A stretch of 47,207 bases of DNA, filler included, from Catajapyx aquilonaris (Eukaryota): the NCBI GenBank assembly GCA_000934665.2. It is 2 parts of 2 records of this genome, joined end to end, with 100 filler letters (N's around TTAATTAATTAA, not from the genome) between each part and the next. Parts side by side here need not be neighbours in the genome. Positions count along the whole stretch, not along the records: positions 23,661 to 47,207 come from JYFJ02005662.1; 1 more part is not named here. One strand, given 5' to 3'. The notes under the pieces are model-generated. The model worked only from the letters and a program-made list of their open reading frames with translations. It did not search any database and was not told where the DNA came from. Positions 36,498 through 47,207 of the stretch are shown piece after piece. Every line of letters starts with the position of its first letter. Within the stretch, counting starts at the first letter, position 1. The position numbers were made by a program, and so were the translations under genes.

Positions 36498-36955
36498 AAT
36501 TCTACATGAGGATTCATTCAGGAGCAAAACCATACAGTTGCCTCATTTGCAAGAGGATGTTTAGGCGCACATCAAATCTGTTGTCTCACATGATAGCTCA
36601 CACAGGTGAGAAGCCACATGGTTGCCATATTTGCAGCGAAAGGTTCATTAGGCCAGGACTGCTGAAAAAGCATGTTAAAGTCCGTTTACTGAAAGAATGA
36701 ACACACGTCACAGTTGACGTCACGATTTTTTATGCATGGACTTGTGCGCCCCGTGTGACGTCACGCAGGCATGCCACCGCAAACCGTAAACAGTAGTGAC
36801 GCGTTACCAACGGATTTCCCAACCCGCAAGGTTGGCACTAGCTACGGAAGATCAGGGGGGGAGGAAGGAGTTGCAGTGGGGTTGGGGCGGGCAACTGTGA
36901 CGTGTGTTCATTCTTTCAGTAAACGGACTTTAGAACACACACAGGAGAAAAGTGA
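36456..36955 (+). pseudogene. out-of-frame, MITE-interrupted C-terminal zinc fingers of the ZF gene
   Basis: Adding one T after 36455 restores [36 protein letters not shown]...-TGEKPHGCHICSERF. Removing 36678-36930 plus one TA restores KHVRTHTGEK* (TGA at 36953-36955). Confidence 0.8.
36678..36930. mobile_element. MITE inserted in the last zinc finger
   Basis: Perfect 39-bp TIR AAGTCCGTTTACTGAAAGAATGAACACACGTCACAGTTG; TA duplication; removal restores the coding frame. Confidence 0.9.
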
Positions 36956-37099
36956 TTTGTGTTTTACGTGTAAGTGACCTGCATTCTTGAAGGCCATGCA
37001 GTTAGTCAACTTACCTACACACTCCATGTTCGCTAGTGTCAGTTTTTATGATGGGCTCTGAGGGCATCATTGATGAAGGTGGATGAAGGATTAAGAGGA

Positions 37100-37585
37100 A
37101 TCCCACCAAAAACCTTTCTGTAAAAAAAAGGCCAAGTTCTGACTGCTTGGCCGTCAAAAGTGGTGAGATCTGAAATACGGCCAAGTTCAATGTCGTTGTC
37201 AATTACTGGCATTCTCAACTTCTTCAACCTAAACCACTAACTTTATTTTTCCAGGTTGACCTTTAGTTTAATAATCAAAAAATTTTAATGGAATTTCTCC
37301 TGATGTCACTTGGCCATTGCTATTAAAACATTGAAAGAGTTGTAGAATTCAACAATACTTCGGACATGATCAATGGCCAAGGGACATCACGAGAAATTAC
37401 ATTAAATTTTTTTGATTATTAAACTTAAGGTCGACCTGGAAAAATAAAGTTAGTGGTTTAGGTTGAAGAAGTTGAGAATGCCAGTAATTGACAACGACGT
37501 TGAACTATTTCAGATCTCACCACTTTTGATGGCCAAGCAGTCAGGAGAACTTGGCCTTTTTTTACAAAAAGGTTTTTGGTGGGAT
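37100..37585. repeat. long inverted repeat (~220-bp arms, ~50-bp spacer)
   Basis: ATCCCACCAAAAACCTTT...TTGGCCATTG versus CAATGGCCAA...AAAGGTTTTTGGTGGGAT; the two mirrored ORFs starting MKKLRMPVIDND reflect this. Confidence 0.92.
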
Positions 37586-37869
37586 CTCACCTCTTTTTGT
37601 AGGCAGGAGTGTATAAATTATAAGGAAGTTCGGGGTGCCCCCTATACGGTAGGGCGTGGAAGCAATGGTCCGTATGTAAAACTTTTTTTTCTTTTTCTTT
37701 TTTCTTTTCGCTATCTTTTCTTCTGATTTGGTATGATCGCTCTTGGTATGATTTTCTTCTGCTTTCTCATAGTACGCTTCCTTTCTTTCTGTTCTGGTTG
37801 TGCGAATTGGACATCTGCTACACCTCATCGCATAGCCCATTCGCGATCCTTAACCACTCCTGTCGACGC

Positions 37870-38153
37870 CTTATTAGCCCTTTTGAGCATGGATAAGTCT
37901 GGTCGGTAAATAGATCTCAATCTATCGTACTCCAGAATAGCTGACTCTTGAGCCTTGATGTTAGTAAAGGAGGCATTGATGAGATGCACTCCGTTGAGAC
38001 TTGACCGCACGAAGAGACAGAGGAACCAATGTCGATGAGTTCATTAGTGAGACTAAAGCCTTGGCTCTTGTGTACCGTAATGGCATACGCCACCACAAAT
38101 TGGGAATATTATAGTTCCCTGTACACATAGGCTCTATTGATGACCTCGAATTT
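37870..38153 (-). mobile_element. degenerate Helitron/Helentron Pif1-like helicase fragment
   Basis: The minus strand translates, with stops and frameshifts, to KFEVINRAYVYRE..AYAITVHKSQGFSLTNELIDIGSSV..CGQ/SLNGVHLIN..IKAQESAILEYDRLRSIYRPDL. AYAITVHKSQG (38058-38090) is the SF1B helicase motif; the YVALSR motif is deleted. Confidence 0.8.
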
Positions 38154-38322
38154 TGTATTTGTATTTGTCTTAAATATTTGTATTTGTTACACGCTTTATA
38201 TTAGCTTCACTGCGAGTGATGTCTGTCTGCACTTGTAGCGCGTTCGCTTTAGTTGTCACATCGCTCCTTCCATGCGGTTCGCCTTCCCACACCATCTAAC
38301 GGTGGGTATTCACATTAGGGGT

Positions 38323-38444
38323 CACTTTCGCCACCTCAACACCAGATGGCGGTAGTAGTCGCTACTTCCACACTTTCGCCACCTCAACGCCAGATGGCGG
38401 TAGTAGTGGCTACTTCCACACTTTCGCCACCTCAACGCCAGATA
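38323..38444. repeat. 48-bp tandem repeat, ~2.5 copies
   Basis: CACTTTCGCCACCTCAAC(A/G)CCAGATGGCGGTAGTAGT(C/G)GCTACTTCCA. Confidence 0.9.
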
Positions 38445-38602
38445 TATACACGCTTTATATTACCTTCACTTTGTCTGTGAGCAGATTTGTCTGTTTGTCG
38501 CTTTGTGAAAAGATTACAAATCAGTCTGCTGGCACCATTCACCTTACTCCCCATGTACTATCCATCTGTCATTCCTTCCACTTTATCACTAAAAACAAGT
38601 TA

Positions 38603-39570
38603 AAATAAAAATATCTAAAAAACATTTTTAAGAACACGCTTTATATTTCCAAGTGCACTAAAAAGTAGAAAATAATTTTTCTTCCTCAATCTTCAGCTTT
38701 CTCTTTTACCTTGAACTGAACAGAAGATTAATGACTTTCTTTCCATGGAATTCAGCTACTGCAGTATTGTCTTGCTTTACTTACATTCTTAAGGTGGGTT
38801 TATACTCCGCCATAAGGGGCACTACGGCAGCTTACGGCACGCCTGCTGCTGTATCGCCAGCGCACTACGGCATGAATTTCAACTCCCTACGGCCGCTGCA
38901 AAAGTTGAACGAAATTCAACTTTTCAGCTACGTCATAAGGCCACTACGGCAAAAAAAAATGGTGGCTCCGCAAAGCGCCGCAATGCTTGCCGTATGTGTC
39001 CGAAAACTGGCTCATAAGGCATATTCCCGGAACGATTTGATTTTTGGCCAGCTAATATGTTCATTGCCGAGACCCATGGACGTTTTTAGTATTAAAAAAT
39101 TTAAGTCCAAAATCCGTGGCAGACCGGAGCTGCGGACACCGCGGATACTAGAAATCCGGCAATGCTTGACATACAGTACACGTACAGTAGCTAGTATAAA
39201 CCGCTTGCAGTAGCAGGCTCGCTTTCTTTACGGCGCTACTGCTACTTCTCGCCCCTTACATGACGAAAAATAAAGCGTGGGCACTTAATCACACATTATC
39301 TACTTCCATGGCATGAAATATAACCATGTACAGTATTAAAATTTTAGTGCCCACGATTTATTTTTCGTCATGTAGGCCGTATAAGAATAGAAGTAAAGCA
39401 AGACAATACTGCAGTAGCTGAATTCCATGGAAAGAAAGTCATGAATCTTCTGTTCAGTTCAAGGTAAAAGAGAAAGCTGAAGATTGAGGAAGAAAAATTA
39501 TTTTCTACTTTTTAGTGCACTTGGAAATATAAAGCGTGTTCTTAAAAAGGTTTTTTATATATTTTTATTT
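38603..39570. repeat. interrupted long inverted repeat (outer arms 38603-38790 / 39382-39570; inner arms ~39256-39290 / 39343-39374)
   Basis: AAGAACACGCTTTATATTTCCAAGTGCACTAAAAAG... versus its reverse complement. The central insert from 38791 has GGTTTATACT/AGTATAAACC ends. Confidence 0.88.
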
Positions 39571-42116
39571 GAAATGCAATCGCAGCTTCAGTCAGATAGG
39601 TAGCAGTATGCAGGAAGGGAGGGGGCGAGGAGATGAGAACGTGGGGAAGGCAGGAGGAGCACCAGCATAACTGGAATTTCACAGTAAAAAAGTAATCCAT
39701 GGTAAAAATGCCGCATCTGGTAAAGCAGCAGCAGACTTCGTGAAAATATTTTCTTTTGAGCATTTAGACTCAAAAAAGTGCCGTTTTCAGATTTATTCTG
39801 GTGTTTGTTTGACAAGCTCTACCAGCATACCAAATTTCAGCATCCTAGGACCACTGGAAGTGCCGTATAATTTTGATGATCAGTCAGTCAGTCAGTGTCA
39901 TATTTTGACCGTTTTGGGAGTTTTTGGGATTTTTAAAGTCGGAAATGAAGAGATATAAACATTGAAGTAAGGGGGTATTATTTTTAATCGATTTTTATCT
40001 ACCCAAATAAAAATTTTGAAGCCACCTATGTTCACGCGAAGATTCGAGGGTGTCAAAATGACGTGAGTTGTGTCGGGTAAAGGTGGTCCGGCAGTGCGGC
40101 GAGAACTTGGCGGGGGCACTGCCGTGCCCCCTCATGGCAAGGAAAGGTGTGGAGGATCCCAAACAGGGGGAGGGCCAGAAGTAGTGGAAACTTGGTTTGT
40201 TGGCTCTCCCATTGAATTTACATGGCCCAATCTATATCGTAAGCATAAACTCAACGCTGAGCAAATGTTGCTCTGTAAATCCCCCTACTTTGTGCTCCGC
40301 TAAGGGAATGTGTGCTGAACTGTGTGACATTGTGGGCCAAGGAGTAGCCTACTGTGAGAGAGACCATGTCAGACTTGGCTCTCTGGAGGCTGCAGATGCC
40401 CATGGAGAGTGTCAATTTGGAACCTCGGGCAGATTTATCCAATCCTGTAAATGATTGTTAATAATTATTGGTAAATCGTATGCCATATCATCCAGGTTAA
40501 CTTACATTTTGTGTCAGTGTTATGTTTGTAACCCAATTAGAATTCATTTTGCCACTGGGTTACGATTTTGCTGCCTAAGGATGTCTTCCAGGATCAATTT
40601 TGCAGTGGCTCACAATTTCTATTGGAAGTTGCTAATTATTGCAATATTTTTACTCTTGAAATGGCCACATCAAGAACTAGGAACCTTCCAAAAATTTTCA
40701 CAATGATAGATGATGGCCAATTTTTTTAAAGTTTTCTACCTATTGCTAATAAAAAGCATTATCATTATCAGTATACCTAAAAGCCTTATACTCTCTCATA
40801 ATTATTTTTAAAATAGAATATTAGAGCCTTATGTGTGTTCAGAATTTATCTCAGGTTCAGGTAGTGGTTGAAACGTGTCTGACTAGTACACATCCAGTTG
40901 GAATTCCTGTGCCTGGTCTTCCATCCACATGTGGGATCGATGCCATGTTGAGTTGCTGCGCTTTGTCAGGCTAGAAAGGGTCCTACAAGATCCTACCCCA
41001 CCGCTCCTGGCACTTCAGTGTGTAAGTGACCTTCCATCTGAAGCACATGAGAGTGTCCGTATGAAAGTTGTTTTATTTGGACCGTGTTATTAAAGGTTGC
41101 CACATTGTTATAGTTGTAGTTTTGTATTCTGAACTAACAGTAAGTTGTGTAAAAAGTGGCTAATGATGTGATGTGGGGTGAGATGTCACTTATTGTTGGG
41201 GAAAATAGGTGAGCAATGAATAGCATCAAGATAGCATTGTCAAATGTGAGATTACCAATGTAATGCTGATGTAATGGTACAGCAATTTCTGGAAAGAGTT
41301 TGGGAGGATGTGTTGTTGTGTTGCAAGAATAATTTCATTGGAGAGTGTGCCCCCTTCACAAGGAAGGACATGTTTTTGTATTATTACTCGGAAGAAACAA
41401 TAAAAATGTGAGGTGTCGGAAAAGGATGCATCGTTATGCTAATGTGTGTGTCTTGTCATTCCAAGGCATGAGAAGATTGTGTTACACCATTTTATTCTGA
41501 TGACGTAGTGCATGCGAGTGTTTTCCTATTCTGATCAGTAATAAGTGCAATATCTGAGTTGCAAAAGTGAAGGTCTACAGCATGCTGCTTCTCTTTACTC
41601 TAAGTACAGGCTGTAGTTTCAACCCATTTTTGGCTCATATTTTTACACTACTGGAATAATTGACCCGCATTATCGCCGATTATCGCTATGGTCTCAATTC
41701 AATTTGAAATTGCAGATGTATGGACCGCAAGTGTAAGGTGAAAATAAGGCTCATTTGCACTTGAGAATGATTGATTTATCACGAGGCCTTTGACCTTGGC
41801 GACCATTCCAGGAGGCAAGCAAGATACAGGGTGTTCCAAAAGGGCCTGTCGATTGCTGTTGGGATCTTTTGCAGTGCTGCTGCTTATTACGAAGCAGTTA
41901 CCTAGATCGGTTTCATTCAGTGGTAAATAGTATTAACTGTACTGTTAGGTTATGTGTGCCCATCTTTTTCAAACCTGCACGGAATGCGTGGCATGCGCAA
42001 AGTGTGTTCATTCCAGTTACGTCAGTGACATGAGATGTCCATTGTTGCCATGGGCCATTAAAATCCAGCAATACGCGCTTGAATGGACGATTAAGTTGGC
42101 ATGTTGTTAGCAGCTA

Positions 42117-42274
42117 CAGTTGAATCGGGATATAACATACTTCAAGGGGCCGTGGAAATCAGTCTGTTATAACCAAGGTCGTCTGTTATTATACCGGAAT
42201 ACACAGGCCATATGTGAGACAGTGAGAGTTTGTCAGGACCGGCCTTTCGAGGCTGTTATATCCGGATTCAACTG
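42117..42274. mobile_element. pogo/Tigger-like MITE
   Basis: TA|CAGTTGAATC(G/C)GGATATAACA ... TGTTATATCCGGATTCAACTG|TA. Confidence 0.8.
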
Positions 42275-44115
42275 TAATAAGTGATTGTTAAGATATCTAC
42301 TGGGTGTGCCACAAGTCTAGAACCACAGGAGCTTCCTATTACATAACGTAGGTTATGGATATGTTTTTTTCTTTTCTTTTTTTCTTTTCTTTCTTTGTTA
42401 TACCCCTTGCTAGAGCCCTAGGGCCTCTTAGGGAGCGGAATACCACCATTTGTGCAGGGGACAGGATATGGAACTGCTATGGTTCCAGACTTATTGAGGG
42501 ACACCCTGTAGAAACATATCGTAACTAATTTCAAATAAGCAGCGTAGCGCCAGTTAGTCCATCTAGTGGGACAAATGTTTCAGATCATACTGTAATATGC
42601 AGAAGTGGAAAGTACGCAACCTTGGGAGGTTTGGTGTGATGTTATATCATTATTGTTATGTATGTACTAGTGATGGCAAGTTCAAGTAAATCTCATGACT
42701 TCATGTGTCTGAATACAGCGATGTATCTCCTGATCAAATTAAAGTCATGCAAGTAGCCACCTGCAATGCAATTATTGCCATGGTAACCACCCACCAGAAT
42801 GACTTGGAACAAATTGGCACAGAGGGTCTCTCCAGGTAGCTACAGTACACCAAGTGTGAGATGCTGTGACAGCACTAGTCATTGTGTAGATGATGGAGCA
42901 TTTTCAGGTCACAAAATATTGTTGGCATACAAGTGAAACACAAAGATTTCAATTTTAGCAATTTGAATTATTCATTCCACTAATGTAGTTTCTTTAAATG
43001 CTCAGTCACCTTATATCAGGAATTGTGTACACTTTGGCAAGAGGCCCAAAGGATATGTGAATGACCTTCTCTCCTTATTGTGGAGTGTGTATTTTAGTCA
43101 GCTATGAATGTATTCAACCATGGAACATGTAGTACTGCTGCCCCAAGAGCTTTTAATTGTCAGTTGCATTAACTCGACTACTGTACTACTGTAGTGCTAA
43201 CTTCTGAAGTACTGATGGGCATTTCCACGCAAACAGAGAGATATTGTCAGTTCGTTAACGCAGGTTTTGTAGGCATGACTTGACCAAGTTGTAATTCCCT
43301 CATGCATAAGTTTTGCAGTCTTGAGTGCATCTGATTTTTCTTTGTAGGCTATTGGATCCAACATGCCTCCCTGTACTCTTTCCGACCTTGTGGAGGAGTT
43401 GAAGATCTACATATTTTCCTTCCTGGACACTGGAGACAAGATTAGGGCTTCCCTTGTGTGCAAGGAATGGAACCGGCTCATGGACACCCCTTCTCTTTGG
43501 ACATCTCTGGAGCTGTCAGGCAGAAGGGTCACAGACATAGAAGCTGCTAACATTGTAGCAAATAAGCCTTGCTTGAAGACTTTGGTCCTGAAGGATTTTG
43601 CCGAAGGTGGTGACCATGTGCTTCAGTGTGCTGCTGAAACCTGCACTCTCCTGGAAGTGCTGGAAATGGTGAGGATTCCTCTTTTTAAAAAAAACTTGCT
43701 GATGGAGAATAAAGGATCATTAAGTTTTGATGATATGTAAAGCGGCGTTTACATGTGAGCGATTTGATCCCGCAATGTCATCACTGTACGATAACAATGC
43801 TGAGTAACCGGTATTGTTTGAGGCGAAAATCAATTGTTACTTTCACGTCAAACAATATTGGTTGCTTGGCTTGGCGACGACTGCTCGTCAGATCGCTCAC
43901 ATGTAAATGCACCTTAAGGGCCTTGTTACCCACAAGAGATGTAATATTATTTACCCTTGTCTTCTGACTGTAATTACCAGTTTTGTATTTTCAAAGAGCA
44001 AGCAACAAACCCTCCAAAAATGTGTACATGACCGGGAGGTTGCAGTTGTTCCATTTTTATTGATGCATCATGGTAGTCAACTGAAGAGCTGTTTCATTTT
44101 TTAAATTCCATAATC

Positions 44116-44177
<62 letters not shown>

Positions 44178-44259
44178 GATGATGATGATGATGCTGATTA
44201 TTATTATTGTTATTGTTATTATTATTATTATTATTGTACATTATGCACTGTGCACTTAT

Positions 44260-45200
44260 GGGAAGTCTTTTTGGGAGACTGATAGGACGTTATAAGAACT
44301 GGCCATGGAGTTAGCGTAGTGGGTGTGAAGGATAAGAAGGGTGACATGCCGTGGGATGGTGAAGACTGAAGAGGCGAAAGGCCGTTAGAGTATTTTAAGG
44401 ACTTGCTGTCAGCAAGTGATAGGCTAGTGTTGCTGTATCTGTAAGCTTAATTGGGGATGATGTACCAAGTAATGGTGGTTGTGGGGATATTAGTAAGAAG
44501 GAAGTTGCAGCTGCTGCTTAGGAACTTAAACTGGGTAAATCCTCTGGGGTTGATGCTATTTCTTCAGAAATGGTGAGGTGTGGCTGGGATGATGTAGTTA
44601 CTTTTTTGACTAATTTATGTAGGGTTTCTTTTGAGAATGATGGAGTTCCTAGGGATTGGAGGGATGCTATTATAGTACCTCTGTATAAGGGTAAGGGATC
44701 GAGATTGTGTGTGACTGCAAGAATTATCGTGGCATTAGTTTGTTAAGTGTACCAGGAAAGGTGTATGCTAAGGTTTTGATAGAAAGAGTTAAGAGGGTCA
44801 CAAGTCAGAGAATACTGAATATTCAGAGTGGGTTTATGACGGGTAAGAGTTGTGTAGATCAGATATTCTGTATGAGACTCGTGGTAGAAAAGTATTTAGC
44901 TGTAAACGAGAAGGTTTATGTTGCCTTTGTAGACTTAGAGAAAGCATATGACACAGTAAGTAAGCGGAAAGTTTGTGGGAAGTTCTGGGTCTCTATGGAG
45001 TGAAGGGTCGCCTGCTGGAGGCTGTAAAGTCATTGTTTGAAGAGAGTAGAGCTTGTGTTAGAACTAGTGGGGGTTTCTCTAACTGGTTTAACATCAGTGT
45101 CGGGGTTAAGCAGGGTTGTGTCATGTCTCCTTGGTTATTTAACTTGTACTTATATGCATGTGTAAGGGAAGCAATGATTGAAGGTGTAGGAGTGCAGTGG
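44260..45200 (+). mobile_element. degenerate RTE-like non-LTR retrotransposon, reverse transcriptase fragment
   Basis: NYRGISLLSVPGKVYAKVL, QSGFMTGKSCVDQIF, AFVDLEKAYDTV, GVKQGCVMSPWLFNLY; frameshifted. Confidence 0.92.
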
Positions 45201-45718
45201 GTCAGTGTCTTAAGCGTGTTGCTAGTGTTAAGCCGAGACGTTCATGTGTCAATAGGACCATGGACGTGGCTAAGGCTAAGGTTGTTTGTTTGTTTGGATA
45301 GGTGTAAATGGCGTAGGTTAATTAATGGGTAGAATATTCACGGGTTTGTGAGGAATGGCAGTGTCCATTGAATTCTTCCGAATGGCTAGAATGTTTGCAG
45401 GTTGGTGCGGAGGAGTTGGCGTCTGGAAGTTCATACTCGGGCTCTGGTTGCTGTGCAGAACTACAAGTTTGGCAAATATCTCTTGCACAGTAATGCATAG
45501 GTTGACACCGGTAGGCCTAGTCATGCTTGTAAGGGTGTCTGCCTCTTTCTGCCCTGCACAGCGCTTGGAGTTCAGGTGTGGATTTCCATATGCTGGTTCT
45601 TCTCGCTGGCCTGTGGGTGTTCTAGTCGTTTGGAGGAGCATATTCTAGTCACATTGGAGGAATTTAACAGTTGCTGATTCCTCTTCCGGGGGGGTCGGGG
45701 GTGGGGGTGGGGGGAGAC

Positions 45719-45922
45719 CAGGGCCGGCGCGACGCGGATAGCAGGCTATGCATGGCAGGGGGCGCCGAAGAAAAGGGGCGTCACCGCGGGCGCGGAGCAC
45801 TGCATTCACCTAAGCTCGTGTGACTTTGAACCCCCCAAANCCCCCCCGAAACAACATGAGGGCGCCGAAATTAAGGCTGCGGGGAGGGTGGGGGGGCGCC
45901 GGAAACCCCAGAACTGGCCCTG
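45719..45922. mobile_element. hAT-type MITE
   Basis: CAGGGCC...GGCCCTG termini with a perfect 8-bp TSD GGGGAGAC; internal GGGCGCC repeats. Confidence 0.85.
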
Positions 45923-46929
45923 GGGGAGACACTTCATTTTATTCTCAAAGTACCGCATTGCATACTGTAATATTTACATTTAATATTGAGAGTTGTCATC
46001 TGAGATGGGCAGGGGTGGGGGGGCGGGTTGTTTATAGACTGTTTATTTTTACAAGTTTTAATTTAGTTCATATTTTGGGTTAGGTTGTGGCTACGGTCAT
46101 CGCTGACTACCCCTTATAGGGAATGTCATGATGGTGATGATGATCTTGTTGATATGCAATGCAAGGATGATATTACTCTTTACAGGTCAGGATCGCCATA
46201 TTTGATTCCGACACCTTAAAAATTGTGGCTGACAGATTTCCCAAGATTTAGGAGGTTGTTATTTTTGGGCACCATGAGCCTGTGGGATCTGCATTCTTTG
46301 CAAACATCTTTGCTGGCACCAAGCTGGTCGCATACAGTGGAACTTGCAAGATTCTGGTGCCACCTGATGTGATGCCAAGATTGCCAACTGAGCTACCGCA
46401 ACTGCCTGTCTCACATGTCTCAGGCTCACTTGAGGAGAAAGAAGAATGGCCAAAGCTCATGAGCTATATGGAATGTGTTGACTTCCTTGAGATCCTGTCG
46501 ATTGATGGAATGTGTCGACAGCAGTCATACAGGCATATGTTGCCTCTGGACACTGCAAGCCTGACCATCGTTTTAGGGCAAGAGAATGCACCCAGCCCAA
46601 GTTTGCTGGCCCGAGTCAGGATGCTCAGCAACATGAAAGATTTCCGCTTGTATATGTCGCCATCCATTACCAACCCTGCCTTTCTTGACCGCTGCGCCAG
46701 CATGATTTTGCCAGTCCTGAGCAACATCTTGTCAGAGAGGTGGTTTCCGAACTTAATCAATCTGGAACTGTGCAACCTTGGTCTCCTGGGTGACACCTTC
46801 GCCTGTGTGATTGCCTGCAACTGCCCTGGTCTTATCAGAGTGAAGCTGGGCCTCACTTCCGTCACCATGACTGGGCTCGTGAACATTGCAACTAATTGCC
46901 CCAAACTCAAAAAGCTTCATGCCTGTGGA

Positions 46930-47105
46930 CAGGGATGGGCACTAAATACTTGAATGTAATTAAATACTAAATACTAACTACTGCAAAAAAATGTAATTAA
47001 ATGCTAAATACTAAATACTGCACAAGAAAGTAATTAGATACTAAATACTAAATACATCAAAAGTATTTAAATACTTTCGTAAATACATTTCAAATACATT
47101 TTTTG
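46930..47105. mobile_element. hAT-type MITE left end
   Basis: CAGGGATGGGC terminus followed by (TAAATAC)n subterminal repeats; abrupt switch to AT-rich sequence within the LRR exon. Confidence 0.6.
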
Positions 47106-47169
47106 TTAATCTATTTCTTGCCATCATTATTTGGATAAAAAATGAAAACATAGCATATTTCTATTATTA

Positions 47170-47207
47170 CGAGGCGCATCCAGAAAGTAAGGTCCATTTT
47201 TTAATTA
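47170..47207. mobile_element. mariner-like TIR at the window edge
   Basis: TA|CGAGGCGCATCCAGAAAGTAAGGTCC resembles insect mariner ends. Confidence 0.4.

Larger units (their letters stand above)
42928..46020 (+). repeat. segmental duplication copy B (paralog of 24145-27034)
   Basis: Same homology as described for copy A. Confidence 0.95.
43363..46953 (+). pseudogene. F-box/LRR-repeat (FBXL-type) gene copy B; exons 43363-43668 and 46186-46953; in-frame TAG at 46249 and 3' end cut by a MITE
   Basis: The F-box exon joins in phase 0 to an exon with cysteine-containing LRRs (FPNLINLELCNLGLLGD..IACNCPGLIRVKLGLTSVTMTGLVNIATNCPKLKKL). There is a stop 22 codons into exon 2, and the last codons run into a MITE starting at 46930. 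Confidence 0.7.

Noticed and set aside
38731..39213. 160-aa ORF
   Set aside because: It spans a palindrome arm and a nested repeat and has no protein-like motifs.

Overview
Eukaryotic genomic DNA, most likely from an insect or other arthropod (GT-AG introns, CpG-depleted gene bodies, insect-type SINEs and MITEs). The window is two pieces joined by an artificial 100-nt spacer (N44-TTAATTAATTAA-N44, 23561-23660). The left piece is gene-rich. It has a complete 4-exon FNDC4/5 (irisin-precursor)-like gene (+, signal peptide-FN3-TM), a complete MPLKIP/TTDN1 gene (+), and the last three coding exons of Cdk12/13 (-), cut off at the spacer. The right piece is rich in transposable elements. It has two copies of an F-box exon from a local segmental duplication: copy B continues into a damaged LRR exon and copy A is an orphan. 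Between them lies a multi-exon C2H2 zinc-finger gene. Its main exon is an 84-bp minisatellite-like array in which variation is concentrated at DNA-contacting positions -1, +3 and +6 (PRDM9-like pattern). Also present are many MITEs with visible TIRs and TSDs, two tRNA-derived SINEs, Helitron/Helentron pieces, an RTE-like LINE fragment and several long fold-back repeats. All calls come from reading the sequence by eye; no database searches were run.
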